Source: an uncultured Gemmatimonadales bacterium (GTDB lineage: Bacteria; Gemmatimonadota; Gemmatimonadetes; Gemmatimonadales; Gemmatimonadaceae). From it: a stretch of DNA of 64,000 bases. Each line of letters opens with the position of its first letter. Position 1 is the stretch's first letter. The position numbers were made by a program, and so were the translations under genes. The stretch is from assembly GCA_963793305.1 (NCBI GenBank), contig CAWBZV010000002.1:96001-160000 (forward strand), read 5' to 3'. Under the pieces are notes generated by a model. The model was not told the DNA's origin. It did not search any database and saw only the letters and a list, made by a program, of their open reading frames with translations. Below are positions 54,106 through 62,900 of the stretch, in pieces.

Positions 54106-55474
54106 GTATCCCACGTCCAAGGGAATCCAGGCACGCCTCGGCGATGGCCTCGGCCAACGTCGGATGCGCGTGGACAAAGAGGTCGACTTCCTCGACCGTG
54201 AACTCGTTCTCCCGCGCCACGCCGAGCTCGTGAATCAGCTCGGTCGCGTGCGACCCGATGATATGCGCGCCGAGGATCTCGCCGTACTTGGCCTCGCGAA
54301 TGACCTTCACGAACCCTTCGGTCTCCCCCGCGGTCCGCGCCCGGCCGGACGCCGAGAAGGGAAACTTGCCGACGCGATAATCGATCTGCTGGGCCTTGCA
54401 GACTTCCTCGGTCATTCCGATCGATGCCACCTCGGGATGACAGTAGGTGGCATTGGGGATGTTCCCGTAATTCACGGGATGCGGATCCTGCCCCGCAATC
54501 CCCTCGGCCACGACGACACCCTCGCGCTGCCCCTTGTGCGCGAGCATCGGCGGCCCGGCGACATCGCCAATCGCGTACACGCCGGGCACGGTCGTCTGGA
54601 GTTTGTCGTCGACTTTGACAAATCCCCGATCGTCCAGCCGCACGCCAATCGCCTCGAATCCCAGCCCCTCGACATTCGCGGCCCGTCCGGCAGCCACCAA
54701 CACGCGCTCGACCGTCATCGGTTTCTTGTCGATGGTGAACGAAACCGAATCTTTGTCGATCTTCACGTCGCCGATCTTGGCGTTCGTGTGTACGTCGATC
54801 TTTCGCTTCTTGAAGCTGCGCGTCAACTCGGCCGCCACCTCTCCATCTTCGAGCGGGAGAATCGTCGGCGCGATATCGATCAACGTCACCTGCGTGCCGA
54901 AGGCATTGAACACATCGGCGAACTCGCAGCCGACCGCGCCAGCGCCCACGATAGCCATCGTCTTCGGCGCCTTATCCAGGACCAGCACCTCGTCCGAGGA
55001 GAGCACCGTCGTCTTGTTGAGGTCGAGCCCGGCGCGCGGAAGTCCGCGTACGCGAGAGCCCGTGGCGATCACGACGGCCTTCTTGGCCTCGTGCGTTTCG
55101 TCGCCGACCTTCACGGTTTTCGGGGAGGTCAGTGTGCCGGTTCCCTTGATCCACGTGATCTTGTTCTTCTTGAACAGGAACTCGACGCCCTTCGAGTTCT
55201 GGGCGCTCACCGCGCGCGAGCGCTTCATCGCCGGCCCGTAGTCGAACCCGAGCTCGCCGGTCGTGATCCCGTGCTCGGCCGCGTGCCGCACGCGCGAGGC
55301 GAGATACGCGCTCTCCAGCAGCGACTTCGCGGGGATACAGCCCCACAGGACGCAGGTGCCGCCCAGTCCCTCGCGCTCGATGACGCCTACGCTCAGGCCG
55401 AGTTGCGCGCAGCGAATGGCGCACACATACCCGGCGGGGCCGCCGCCCAGGATCACTACATCGTACGATGCCAT
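54098..55474 (-). CDS. lpdA: Dihydrolipoyl dehydrogenase (E3)
   Basis: GGGPAGY, GGTCVLWGCIPAK, LAHK, HAHPTLAE. Confidence 0.97.
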   Translation of the reverse strand: MASYDVVILGGGPAGYVCAIRCAQLGLSVGVIEREGLGGTCVLWGCIPAKSLLESAYLASRVRHAAEHGITTGELGFDYGPAMKRSRAVSAQNSKGVEFLFKKNKITWIKGTGTLTSPKTVKVGDETHEAKKAVVIATGSRVRGLPRAGLDLNKTTVLSSDEVLVLDKAPKTMAIVGAGAVGCEFADVFNAFGTQVTLIDIAPTILPLEDGEVAAELTRSFKKRKIDVHTNAKIGDVKIDKDSVSFTIDKKPMTVERVLVAAGRAANVEGLGFEAIGVRLDDRGFVKVDDKLQTTVPGVYAIGDVAGPPMLAHKGQREGVVVAEGIAGQDPHPVNYGNIPNATYCHPEVASIGMTEEVCKAQQIDYRVGKFPFSASGRARTAGETEGFVKVIREAKYGEILGAHIIGSHATELIHELGVARENEFTVEEVDLFVHAHPTLAEAIAEACLDSLGRGIHA

Positions 55475-55475
55475 G

Positions 55476-56801
55476 TCAGTATACGAGCAGAAGGGGGTTC
55501 TCGATCAAACGTCGGAGCGTTGCAAGGAACTTGGCGCCGGTCGCGCCGTCAATCACGCGGTGATCGCAGCTCATCGTCACGCGCATGCGGCGCCGGACGA
55601 CGACGGTCTCGCCGACGACGACGGGCTTGGCCTCGATCGCGCCGATCGCGAGGATCCCGGCTTCCGGCGGATTGATGATCGCCGTGAACTGGTCGATCCC
55701 GAACATGCCGAGGTTCGAGACCGAGAACGTCGAGCCCGTGTACTCCTCAGGTCTAAGCTTTCGGGCCCGGGCCCGCGCCGCGAGCTCTCTCACCTCGCGC
55801 GCAATATCGCGCAGACGTTTGGTATCGGCGTCGAACACGACCGGCGTGATCAGCCCATCGTCGATCGCGACCGCGACGCCGAGGTGCACACGCGCGAACG
55901 CTCGGATGCGGTCACCAAGCCAGTGCGCGTTCACCTCCGGATGTTGCGCCAGCGCCGTCGCCACGGCTTTGAGCACGATGTCGTTGATCGACACTTTATA
56001 GTCGTCGCCCAGCTCGGCCATCGCCTTGCGCATCTCGCTCACGCGTTCGACGTCGAGCTCGGCCGTCAGATAGAACGTCGGGACCGGGCCGATCGACTCG
56101 GCCAGGCGCCGCGCGATCGTCCGGCGGATTTGCGTCAGCGCGATATCGGTGTAATCAGGGCCCGTTCGTGGTGTCACCACCGCCGGCGCTTGAGCTTCAG
56201 CGGCGGTTGTCGCCGGCGCGGCCGTCGCGTCGAGATCTCTCTTGACGATGCGCCCGTTTGGTCCAGACCCAGCGATCGCATGCAAGTCCAGCCCACGCTC
56301 CGCGGCTAGCCGGCGCGCGAGTGGGGATGAGCGTACACGCTCGCTCTCGCTCGTCGCTATCGCGACTGGGGTAGGGGCGGGGGCGGGAGTTGGCGCGTTC
56401 GGCGCAGTGCTCAGCGCTGTGGTCGGCGCAGTAGCCGTGACGGGAGCAACGGCCGCTGGTGTCGAGACCGGTGCGACGGCCGCGGGCGCAGCACTTGGCG
56501 CGTTCGGCGCAGCCGATGCGCTCACGGGGGCCGCACCGCCGACAAGCGCGGCGATGTCCTCGTTCGGCGCTGCGATGACGCCGAGTAGCGTGCCGATGGG
56601 CGCAGTGGTGCCCTCAGCCACGAGCCGGCGCCGCAGTACGCCGTCACCGCGCGCCACGAGCTCCATGATCGCCTTATCCGTCTCGACCTCGGCCAGCGTT
56701 TCGCCGTTGGCGACGCTCGCGCCCTCGGGCTTGAGCCACCGCACGAGGCGCCCTTCCTCCATGGTCGGAGACAGCGCCTCCATCACGACCTTAGTCGCCA
56801 C
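55476..56801 (-). CDS. pdhC: Pyruvate dehydrogenase E2 dihydrolipoamide acetyltransferase
   Basis: GTG 56801; ALSPTMEEG, ETDKA lipoyl site, SPLARRLA, GSGPNGRI, SNLGM, DHRVIDG. Confidence 0.95.
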   Translation of the reverse strand: MATKVVMEALSPTMEEGRLVRWLKPEGASVANGETLAEVETDKAIMELVARGDGVLRRRLVAEGTTAPIGTLLGVIAAPNEDIAALVGGAAPVSASAAPNAPSAAPAAVAPVSTPAAVAPVTATAPTTALSTAPNAPTPAPAPTPVAIATSESERVRSSPLARRLAAERGLDLHAIAGSGPNGRIVKRDLDATAAPATTAAEAQAPAVVTPRTGPDYTDIALTQIRRTIARRLAESIGPVPTFYLTAELDVERVSEMRKAMAELGDDYKVSINDIVLKAVATALAQHPEVNAHWLGDRIRAFARVHLGVAVAIDDGLITPVVFDADTKRLRDIAREVRELAARARARKLRPEEYTGSTFSVSNLGMFGIDQFTAIINPPEAGILAIGAIEAKPVVVGETVVVRRRMRVTMSCDHRVIDGATGAKFLATLRRLIENPLLLVY

Positions 56802-57774
56802 GGTACATGACTCGCTTGACCGCGGCGATGGTCTTCGCCGCATCGGGTTTCGCCGCGCGCTCCAAATTCTTGGCGTACGGCATTGGCGTATCGGCCTGAT
56901 GCACCCGCAGCACGGGCGCATCGAGGTCGTCGAAGCACTCGCGCTGAATGTAGTCGACGACCTGCGCCCCAATGCCGGCGAGCTCCCACCCCTCTTCGAG
57001 CACAACCGCTCGATTGGTCTTCTTGACGGACGCCGCGATCGCCGCCACGTCCATTGGTCGGACGGTTCTCAAGTCGACGACATCGACCCGAATGTCTTCC
57101 TTGGCCAACGTGTCGGCCGCCTGCATCGCCACCAGGACCATCTTGCCGCTCGTCACGATCGTCGCGTGGTTTCCCTCTCGCTTGAGATCGGCGACGCCGA
57201 TCGGAATGACGTGCTCGCCGTCGGGCACGTCGCCACGCGTGTTATACAACATCTCGCCTTCGAGCACGATGACGGGGTTATCATCACGGATGGCGGCCTT
57301 GAGCAGCCCCTTGGCATCAGCCGGCGTTCCCGGCGTCACCACCTTGAGTCCGGGGATGTGCGCGAGCCACGACTCCCACGCCTGACTGTGCTGCGCCGCC
57401 AGTTGGAGGGCCGCGCCGTTGGGCCCACGAAAAACGATCGGGATGTTGTACTGACCGCCGGACATGTACAGCATTTTGGCGGCCGCGTTCACGACCTGGT
57501 CGAGCGCCAACAGCGCGAAGTTCCACGTCATGAACTCCACGATCGGCCGCAAGCCGACCATGGCCGAGCCCACGCCGACGCCGGCGAATCCGAGCTCGGT
57601 GATCGGCGTGTCGACCACGCGCATCTCGCCGAACTCCTGCAGCAATCCCTTGGAGACCTTGTACGCGCCCTGATACACGGCGACTTCCTCGCCCATGAGA
57701 AAGACGCGATCGTCGCGCTGCATTTCTTCGCGCAACGCCTGATTGAGCGCATCGCGATACGTGATGAGCGCCAT
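56791..57774 (-). CDS. pdhB: Pyruvate dehydrogenase E1 beta subunit
   Basis: GEEVAVYQGAYKVSKGL, DTPITELGF, EFMTWNF, AQHSQ; ATG 57774. Confidence 0.96.
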   Translation of the reverse strand: MALITYRDALNQALREEMQRDDRVFLMGEEVAVYQGAYKVSKGLLQEFGEMRVVDTPITELGFAGVGVGSAMVGLRPIVEFMTWNFALLALDQVVNAAAKMLYMSGGQYNIPIVFRGPNGAALQLAAQHSQAWESWLAHIPGLKVVTPGTPADAKGLLKAAIRDDNPVIVLEGEMLYNTRGDVPDGEHVIPIGVADLKREGNHATIVTSGKMVLVAMQAADTLAKEDIRVDVVDLRTVRPMDVAAIAASVKKTNRAVVLEEGWELAGIGAQVVDYIQRECFDDLDAPVLRVHQADTPMPYAKNLERAAKPDAAKTIAAVKRVMYRGD

Positions 57775-57776
57775 GA

Positions 57777-58823
57777 TCAGGTCAACGTATCGGTGGTCGT
57801 GTCGACGAGCACGTCTTCCGTCAGCGCCTCGAGCGGCGGCTCGGGACTCTTGTCGGCGAACTGCCAGGCGTCCTCGCACGTCTGCCGCGCCTCGGCATCG
57901 TAGCGCGCCACATCCTCTTCGGTGATCTCGCCGTGGGCTTCCATATAGTCTTTCAAGACCGTGATCGGATCGCGCTTGCGATACTGCTCGAGCTCGTCTT
58001 TCGTCCGGTACGTTCCGCTCACCGCGTCCGACATCGAGTGCCCCATAAAACGATAGGTTCGCGACTCGATTAACGTCGGGACCTGCTCGGTTCTCGCGCG
58101 CTGCACCGCCTCGCCGACGACTTGGCGCACGGCCAACACGTCCTGGCCATCGACGACAGCCTTCGGCATGTCGTACGCCCGCGCACGCTCGGCGATGTCG
58201 TTAATGGCGGATGCTCTTTCGAGGGCCGTCCCCATCCCGTATCTGTTATTCTCAATCACATAGATGACGGGCAGCTTCCACAGCCCGGCCATGTTCAGTG
58301 CTTCGTGAAACGCGCCGTTATTCACGGCGGCCTCACCGAAGAAGCACAGGCACACCTGATCGCCGCCGCGATACTTGATCGCGAACGCCACGCCCGTCCC
58401 GATCGGAATGTTCGCGCCGACAATGCCGTGGCCGCCGAGGAAGTTGTGCTCGCGGCTGAACAGGTGCATCGAGCCGCCCTTGCCGCGCGAAACACCATCG
58501 ATGCGGCCGAACAGCTCGGCCATGATGTACTTCGGCGCCATGCCTCGCGCGATCGCCTGGCCGTGATCGCGATAGGTCGTGATCACGTAGTCATCGTCGC
58601 GCAGCACCGAGATCGCGCCGGTGCCCGTGGCCTCTTGGCCGATGTAGAGATGGGAGAACCCGCCGATCTTCCCGACCGCGTACGCCTCGGCGCATCGCTC
58701 CTCGAAGCGACGTTGTAGGAGCATCGACTTGAACAGTTCCGTGTGCAGGTCGCGGTCAGACTGCACAGCCTCGACAGGGGCCGGCGCCTCGGCCACCGAG
58801 GCATTTCGTTTTCTGGCTGCCAT
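57777..58823 (-). CDS. pdhA: Pyruvate dehydrogenase E1 alpha subunit
   Basis: HLYIGQEA, YRDHG, GKGGSMH, ENNRYGMGT, TYRFMGHSMSD. Confidence 0.96.
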   Translation of the reverse strand: MAARKRNASVAEAPAPVEAVQSDRDLHTELFKSMLLQRRFEERCAEAYAVGKIGGFSHLYIGQEATGTGAISVLRDDDYVITTYRDHGQAIARGMAPKYIMAELFGRIDGVSRGKGGSMHLFSREHNFLGGHGIVGANIPIGTGVAFAIKYRGGDQVCLCFFGEAAVNNGAFHEALNMAGLWKLPVIYVIENNRYGMGTALERASAINDIAERARAYDMPKAVVDGQDVLAVRQVVGEAVQRARTEQVPTLIESRTYRFMGHSMSDAVSGTYRTKDELEQYRKRDPITVLKDYMEAHGEITEEDVARYDAEARQTCEDAWQFADKSPEPPLEALTEDVLVDTTTDTLT

Positions 58824-59707
58824 TAGACGCCTGCGGCCTGTACCTGCTCCCAGGCGTGGTAGCTCGACCGCACGAGCGGTCCGGCCTCCACATGCCTGAA
58901 TCCCATGTCCCGACCGATCCTCGCCAGCTCGGAGAACTCATCGGGCGTGTAATACCGATCGAGCGGGAGATGCTCGCTCGAAGGTCTCAGGTACTGTCCG
59001 AGCGTCAGGATATCGACATCGCGCTCTCTCAGATCTTTCATCACATCGATGACTTCTTGAACTGTCTCGCCCATACCGAGGATCATCCCAGTCTTGGTGG
59101 GTATCTCGGGGGCATAACTCTTCGCGAGCCGAAAAATCTCCATCACGCGCGGGTAGCGACCGCCAGGCCGAGCCTTCTTGTATAGTCGGGGCACCGTCTC
59201 GGTGTTGTGATTATAGATCTCTGGCCGGGAATCGAGCACTGTCCGAATGGAGGCTTCGTTCCCTTGAAAGTCAGGGACGAGCACTTCGACAGAGCAGCCG
59301 GGCACCCGCTCGTGGATGCCGCGAATGGTTCGCGCGAAAATGTCGGCGCCGAAGTCGGGCAGGTCATCGCGGTCGACAGACGTGATAACCGCATGGCGGA
59401 GGTTCAGCTCGGCCACCGCTGCAGCGACGCGATCCGGTTCGCCGAGGTCATACGCGGGCGGGCGACCGTGGGCGACCGCGCAGTACGGACAATTGCGCGT
59501 GCATACGTCGCCCAGGATCATGAACGTCGCGGTGCCGTGCTCCCAGCACTCGCCGACATTGGGACAGTGGGCCTCCTCACAAACAGTGTGGAGGTTTAGA
59601 TCCCGCATCAGGCCCTTGAGCCTGGCATAGTTGGGCCCGCCTGGCGCTTTGACCTTGAGCCAGCCCGGCTTTCTGATCTGATAGAGCGTTTCAACCATTG
59701 GCTGCAT
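58823..59707 (-). CDS. lipA: Lipoyl synthase
   Basis: CEEAHCPNVGEC, CTRNCPYC, RSSYHA. The true start may be ATG 59698. Confidence 0.97.
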   Translation of the reverse strand: MQPMVETLYQIRKPGWLKVKAPGGPNYARLKGLMRDLNLHTVCEEAHCPNVGECWEHGTATFMILGDVCTRNCPYCAVAHGRPPAYDLGEPDRVAAAVAELNLRHAVITSVDRDDLPDFGADIFARTIRGIHERVPGCSVEVLVPDFQGNEASIRTVLDSRPEIYNHNTETVPRLYKKARPGGRYPRVMEIFRLAKSYAPEIPTKTGMILGMGETVQEVIDVMKDLRERDVDILTLGQYLRPSSEHLPLDRYYTPDEFSELARIGRDMGFRHVEAGPLVRSSYHAWEQVQAAGV

Positions 59708-59740
59708 TTTATCCGCTTTTATACGCTGCCGAAAGCTCGC

Positions 59741-60853
59741 CTAACCTGTCGTAGCGGCTTCAACGGTTAGCGCGAATCTCTCGATTCCGAACGCCGCCAG
59801 ACTCGCCGGCGGCGTCTCGCCGACCAGCAGCGCCGCGACACAATCGCCGGTCAACGGCGCCATGAGCACGCCGTTTCTAGAGTGCCCGCAGGCGTAGATC
59901 AGCGATGGGCTATCCGGGTCCCGGCCGATGATCGGCAGAAAGTCCGGGCTCACCGGACGGAGCCCAGCCCAGGCCTTCGCGACCGGAAGTCCGGCCAGTG
60001 CCGGGCACAACTCGGCCGCAGCGGCCCTGAGCCCGGCCACGCCCTCGGCTGTCGTCGACACATCGAACGCCGCGTGCTCCATCGTCGCACCGACGAGTGT
60101 CATGTCGCCCCTGGGCACGAGGTACCCATCGTGCCCATATACCACATGTCTGACGGGGCTCGCGGCCAGCGAGATCATTTGGCCGCGCAACGGCTCGACC
60201 GGCAGCGGTCGGGGCAAACCCTCGATCAGCGAGCTCCAAGCTCCCGCCGCCAACACCAGCTGTTCGGCGCTGACGGACTCGCCCCCGCCGATCTCACACG
60301 TGATGCTGTGCTGCTCTATGCGTATGGCCCGCGCGGGCCCGCTCAGTTGACGTACGCGAGCGCAGCGAGCGACGCCTATTTCCAGAGCGCGCAGAAGCAC
60401 GACGTTGTCGACAGCCCCGTCCTCGGTAAAGAGTCGCGCTCCGGCCGCGTGGGCGAGCGAAGGCTCCAACGCAGCGAGCGCGGCGCGATCGAGCCAAGTC
60501 GTGCCGGGGATGTCGATGGCCGCCTGTTCCAAGGCGCGAGCGTCGTCCAGCACGATGTGCAGCAGCCCGAGCCGATTGATTGGGACGGCTACGCCCGACT
60601 GCTCGGCCAGCTCGATGAGGTAGCTGGGATATCGATTCCGCGCGGCCACCGCGAACGCGTGTTCTGGCCCAGCCGCTGACCGCCCCACCATTTCAAGAGA
60701 CGGCGGGGCCAGGATACCAGCCGCCGCCGGAAACGCCTCACCAGCCCGATGCTCGGCGACCAGGACCACAGACAGCCCTCTCCCGGCCGCCGCGAGCGCG
60801 ATGCCGAGGCCTACGCCACCACCGCCGACGACGATGACGTCGGCCGTTTTCAT
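59741..60853 (-). CDS. thiO: Glycine oxidase ThiO-like FAD-dependent oxidoreductase
   Basis: VVGGGGVG, AAAGILAP, PLRGQM, YLVPR, WAGLRP, GHSRNGVLMAP; ATG 60853. Confidence 0.8.
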   Translation of the reverse strand: MKTADVIVVGGGGVGLGIALAAAGRGLSVVLVAEHRAGEAFPAAAGILAPPSLEMVGRSAAGPEHAFAVAARNRYPSYLIELAEQSGVAVPINRLGLLHIVLDDARALEQAAIDIPGTTWLDRAALAALEPSLAHAAGARLFTEDGAVDNVVLLRALEIGVARCARVRQLSGPARAIRIEQHSITCEIGGGESVSAEQLVLAAGAWSSLIEGLPRPLPVEPLRGQMISLAASPVRHVVYGHDGYLVPRGDMTLVGATMEHAAFDVSTTAEGVAGLRAAAAELCPALAGLPVAKAWAGLRPVSPDFLPIIGRDPDSPSLIYACGHSRNGVLMAPLTGDCVAALLVGETPPASLAAFGIERFALTVEAATTG

Positions 60854-60976
60854 CGATGAACCCCGGCGCCGCAAGGTGACGGGCTCCAGCGACGGGGGAC
60901 GTGAGTCACCCGACGCTGAAACTCCGGCCGCGGGAAGCACGTATATTGTGCAGACACCGTTTCGGAGCACCGTACC

Positions 60977-61201
60977 ATGCTACGTCCCATTCTCGTCATT
61001 GGCCTGTTTGCCCTGGCTGGGCTGTTCCTGCTGAAGCTCTTCTTCGGCCTGTTCGGTCCGATCCTCGGCATTGCGTTTTGGCTAGCCAGCCTCGCGCTCA
61101 AGATCGCGATCCTCGGCGCCATTGTGTACCTGATCATTCGCATCGTGAGTCCCGAAACCGCCCGGCGTCTGCGCGAGCGGTTCAGCGGGCCGACGCTCTA
61201 A
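60977..61201 (+). CDS. Small hypothetical membrane protein
   Basis: 74 aa, two hydrophobic helices and a basic tail; occupies the gap between minus-strand genes. Confidence 0.7.
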   Translation: MLRPILVIGLFALAGLFLLKLFFGLFGPILGIAFWLASLALKIAILGAIVYLIIRIVSPETARRLRERFSGPTL

Positions 61202-61931
61202 GCGCGCGCGCGACACTCCCGAAGCGGAAGACCGTCACGGCGTCTGCCCATGGGCGGACGCGGGTCCCACGAGACCTCAGGTCATAACGCGCATCGAGCT
61301 GTGCGACCTCGATGCGCCGCGCCGCCGGCGCCGTCTTCAACAGTAGCTCCACATTCCCGGCCCACCCATCCCGCTCCACCAGCCGCCCATCACCCAGGCG
61401 CTTGATCGTGTCGCGCAGGACAGAGATCCGAAACAGCCGGAAAGTTCCGAAGGGATCCGTGACGCCCTCCACGCTGACAAACGGTCGCAGCAACCAGCCC
61501 GCCGCGCGCCTCAGCTGACGCACCTCTCGCGGCATCTTGGCATCGATAGGATGCTCGCCGACGACAATGTCCGCCCCACCCTCGAATCGCTTCACGAGAT
61601 CGCTGAGATGCTCCGGTTGATCCGTGAAGTCCCCCTGCATGAGGATCATGGCATCGCGCCGTGCATAGCGCGTGCGCTGCGTCGCCCAGCGACATAACGC
61701 GTCGACCGCGGCACCGTAGCCGAGGTGTCCGCGCTCGCCGCCCCCGAGGATCGTGAGCGGCAGGACCTCCGTATACGGCTTGAGCGTCTCGGCCGTATCG
61801 TCGGTACTGCCGTCGTCATAGACCGCCAGCGCGAAGTCGCGCGGAAACTCTTGAAAGACGCGCCGAATCCTCCAGAGGACGAGCCCGATCGTCGGCGCCT
61901 CGTTGTACGCGGGAATGCAGATGTAGAGCAT
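61182..61931 (-). CDS. GT2-family glycosyltransferase
   Basis: CIPAYNEA, DDGSTDDT, GYGAAV, GADIVVG; TAATG coupling to the upstream gene. Confidence 0.9.
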   Translation of the reverse strand: MLYICIPAYNEAPTIGLVLWRIRRVFQEFPRDFALAVYDDGSTDDTAETLKPYTEVLPLTILGGGERGHLGYGAAVDALCRWATQRTRYARRDAMILMQGDFTDQPEHLSDLVKRFEGGADIVVGEHPIDAKMPREVRQLRRAAGWLLRPFVSVEGVTDPFGTFRLFRISVLRDTIKRLGDGRLVERDGWAGNVELLLKTAPAARRIEVAQLDARYDLRSRGTRVRPWADAVTVFRFGSVARALRASAR

Positions 61932-62900
61932 TACGAGAAAAGTAAGTCGAAGGCAGCCATGATCGCCTCGGCCGTGATCGTGCCGCTCACAATCCGCGAG
62001 GGCCCGCGACCCTGCGGCGCGAAGCGGGGGAGCTTGGACGTATTCGGGTATACGCCGATGGTCGGCACGCCGAGCGCCCCTGACAAATGCAGCGGACCGG
62101 AATCACAGCCGAGGTACACGTTGGCGCTCGCCAGAACCGCCGCCCCCTCGCGCAGGCTCCCATTCGAGAATTGATCGGAGCACCGCCAGGCAGGCTCGAA
62201 ATAGGAAACGTGCCGGCGGAAGCTCTCCAGCTGTGGAGCGGTCCCGTGCCAGACGACGACGTGATGTCGCTCGACGAGGCACCGCGCGGCCTCCAGCCAG
62301 ATCGACCAGTCGATTCCCACCGGCGGCAGCGTCACGAACGGATTGATAACCGCAACCGGCAATGACCCGAGGACCTTCCGGTACTGGCGTCTGAGCTCGC
62401 TCAGTGGCCCGGGGTCGAGATATGTGCAGAGCCCCGTGGGATCAATACCGAGCGGCACCAGCAGTGATCCCAGGTCCGCGACAACGGGCTTTCCCCGATC
62501 GGCGGGCGGCAAGAACGTCGGTCAGGAACCCACGATTGTAATTCCGCAGTTGCCCGATGCGCTTGGGGATTCCGGCCAGGGTGACGGAGGCGGCCACGCG
62601 CCACTGAGGCGATGCCACGAGCGCGACATCGAAGCGCTGCCGCCGGACGTCGCGGATCGAGGCGAGGAACGGGGCAATGCGCCCCTTGGGGCGCCCGGGC
62701 GCGTCGTCCCAGAATGGGTCGCCGGCGGCGGTCCAGCTCACATCGGGAAACAACGGGGCGATATCAGCCGTGTAGGCCTTGCACCAAAGGCCGATCGTCG
62801 CGTGCGGGTAATGGGCTTTGATCGCCGGCGGCAGAGCCGACGCGAATGCCAGGTCCCCGAGGTTATCGAGCGAGACAAGAAGTATTCTTTCCACCGTCAT
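61931..62900 (-). CDS. GT9-family (LPS heptosyltransferase-like) glycosyltransferase, interrupted by one extra base at ~62514
   Basis: ILLVSLDNLGDL N-terminus; GCDSGPLHLSGALGVPTIG C-terminus. Removing one base gives FLTDVLPPADRGKP, about 322 aa. Confidence 0.85.

Noticed and set aside
56360..56560. Short imperfect repeats in pdhC
   Set aside because: They encode the normal Ala/Pro/Thr linker of E2 subunits.
53876..57903. Long plus-strand ORFs (599, 348 and 553 aa) and similar long ORFs opposite atp, susC and TPR genes
   Set aside because: Antisense shadows typical of high-GC DNA; no motifs, and they lie opposite well-supported genes.
60854..60976. TPP riboswitch upstream of the thiO-like gene
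   Set aside because: A GGTGAC/GTCACC stem is present, but I do not see the conserved CTGAGA and CCTGA core motifs on the coding strand.
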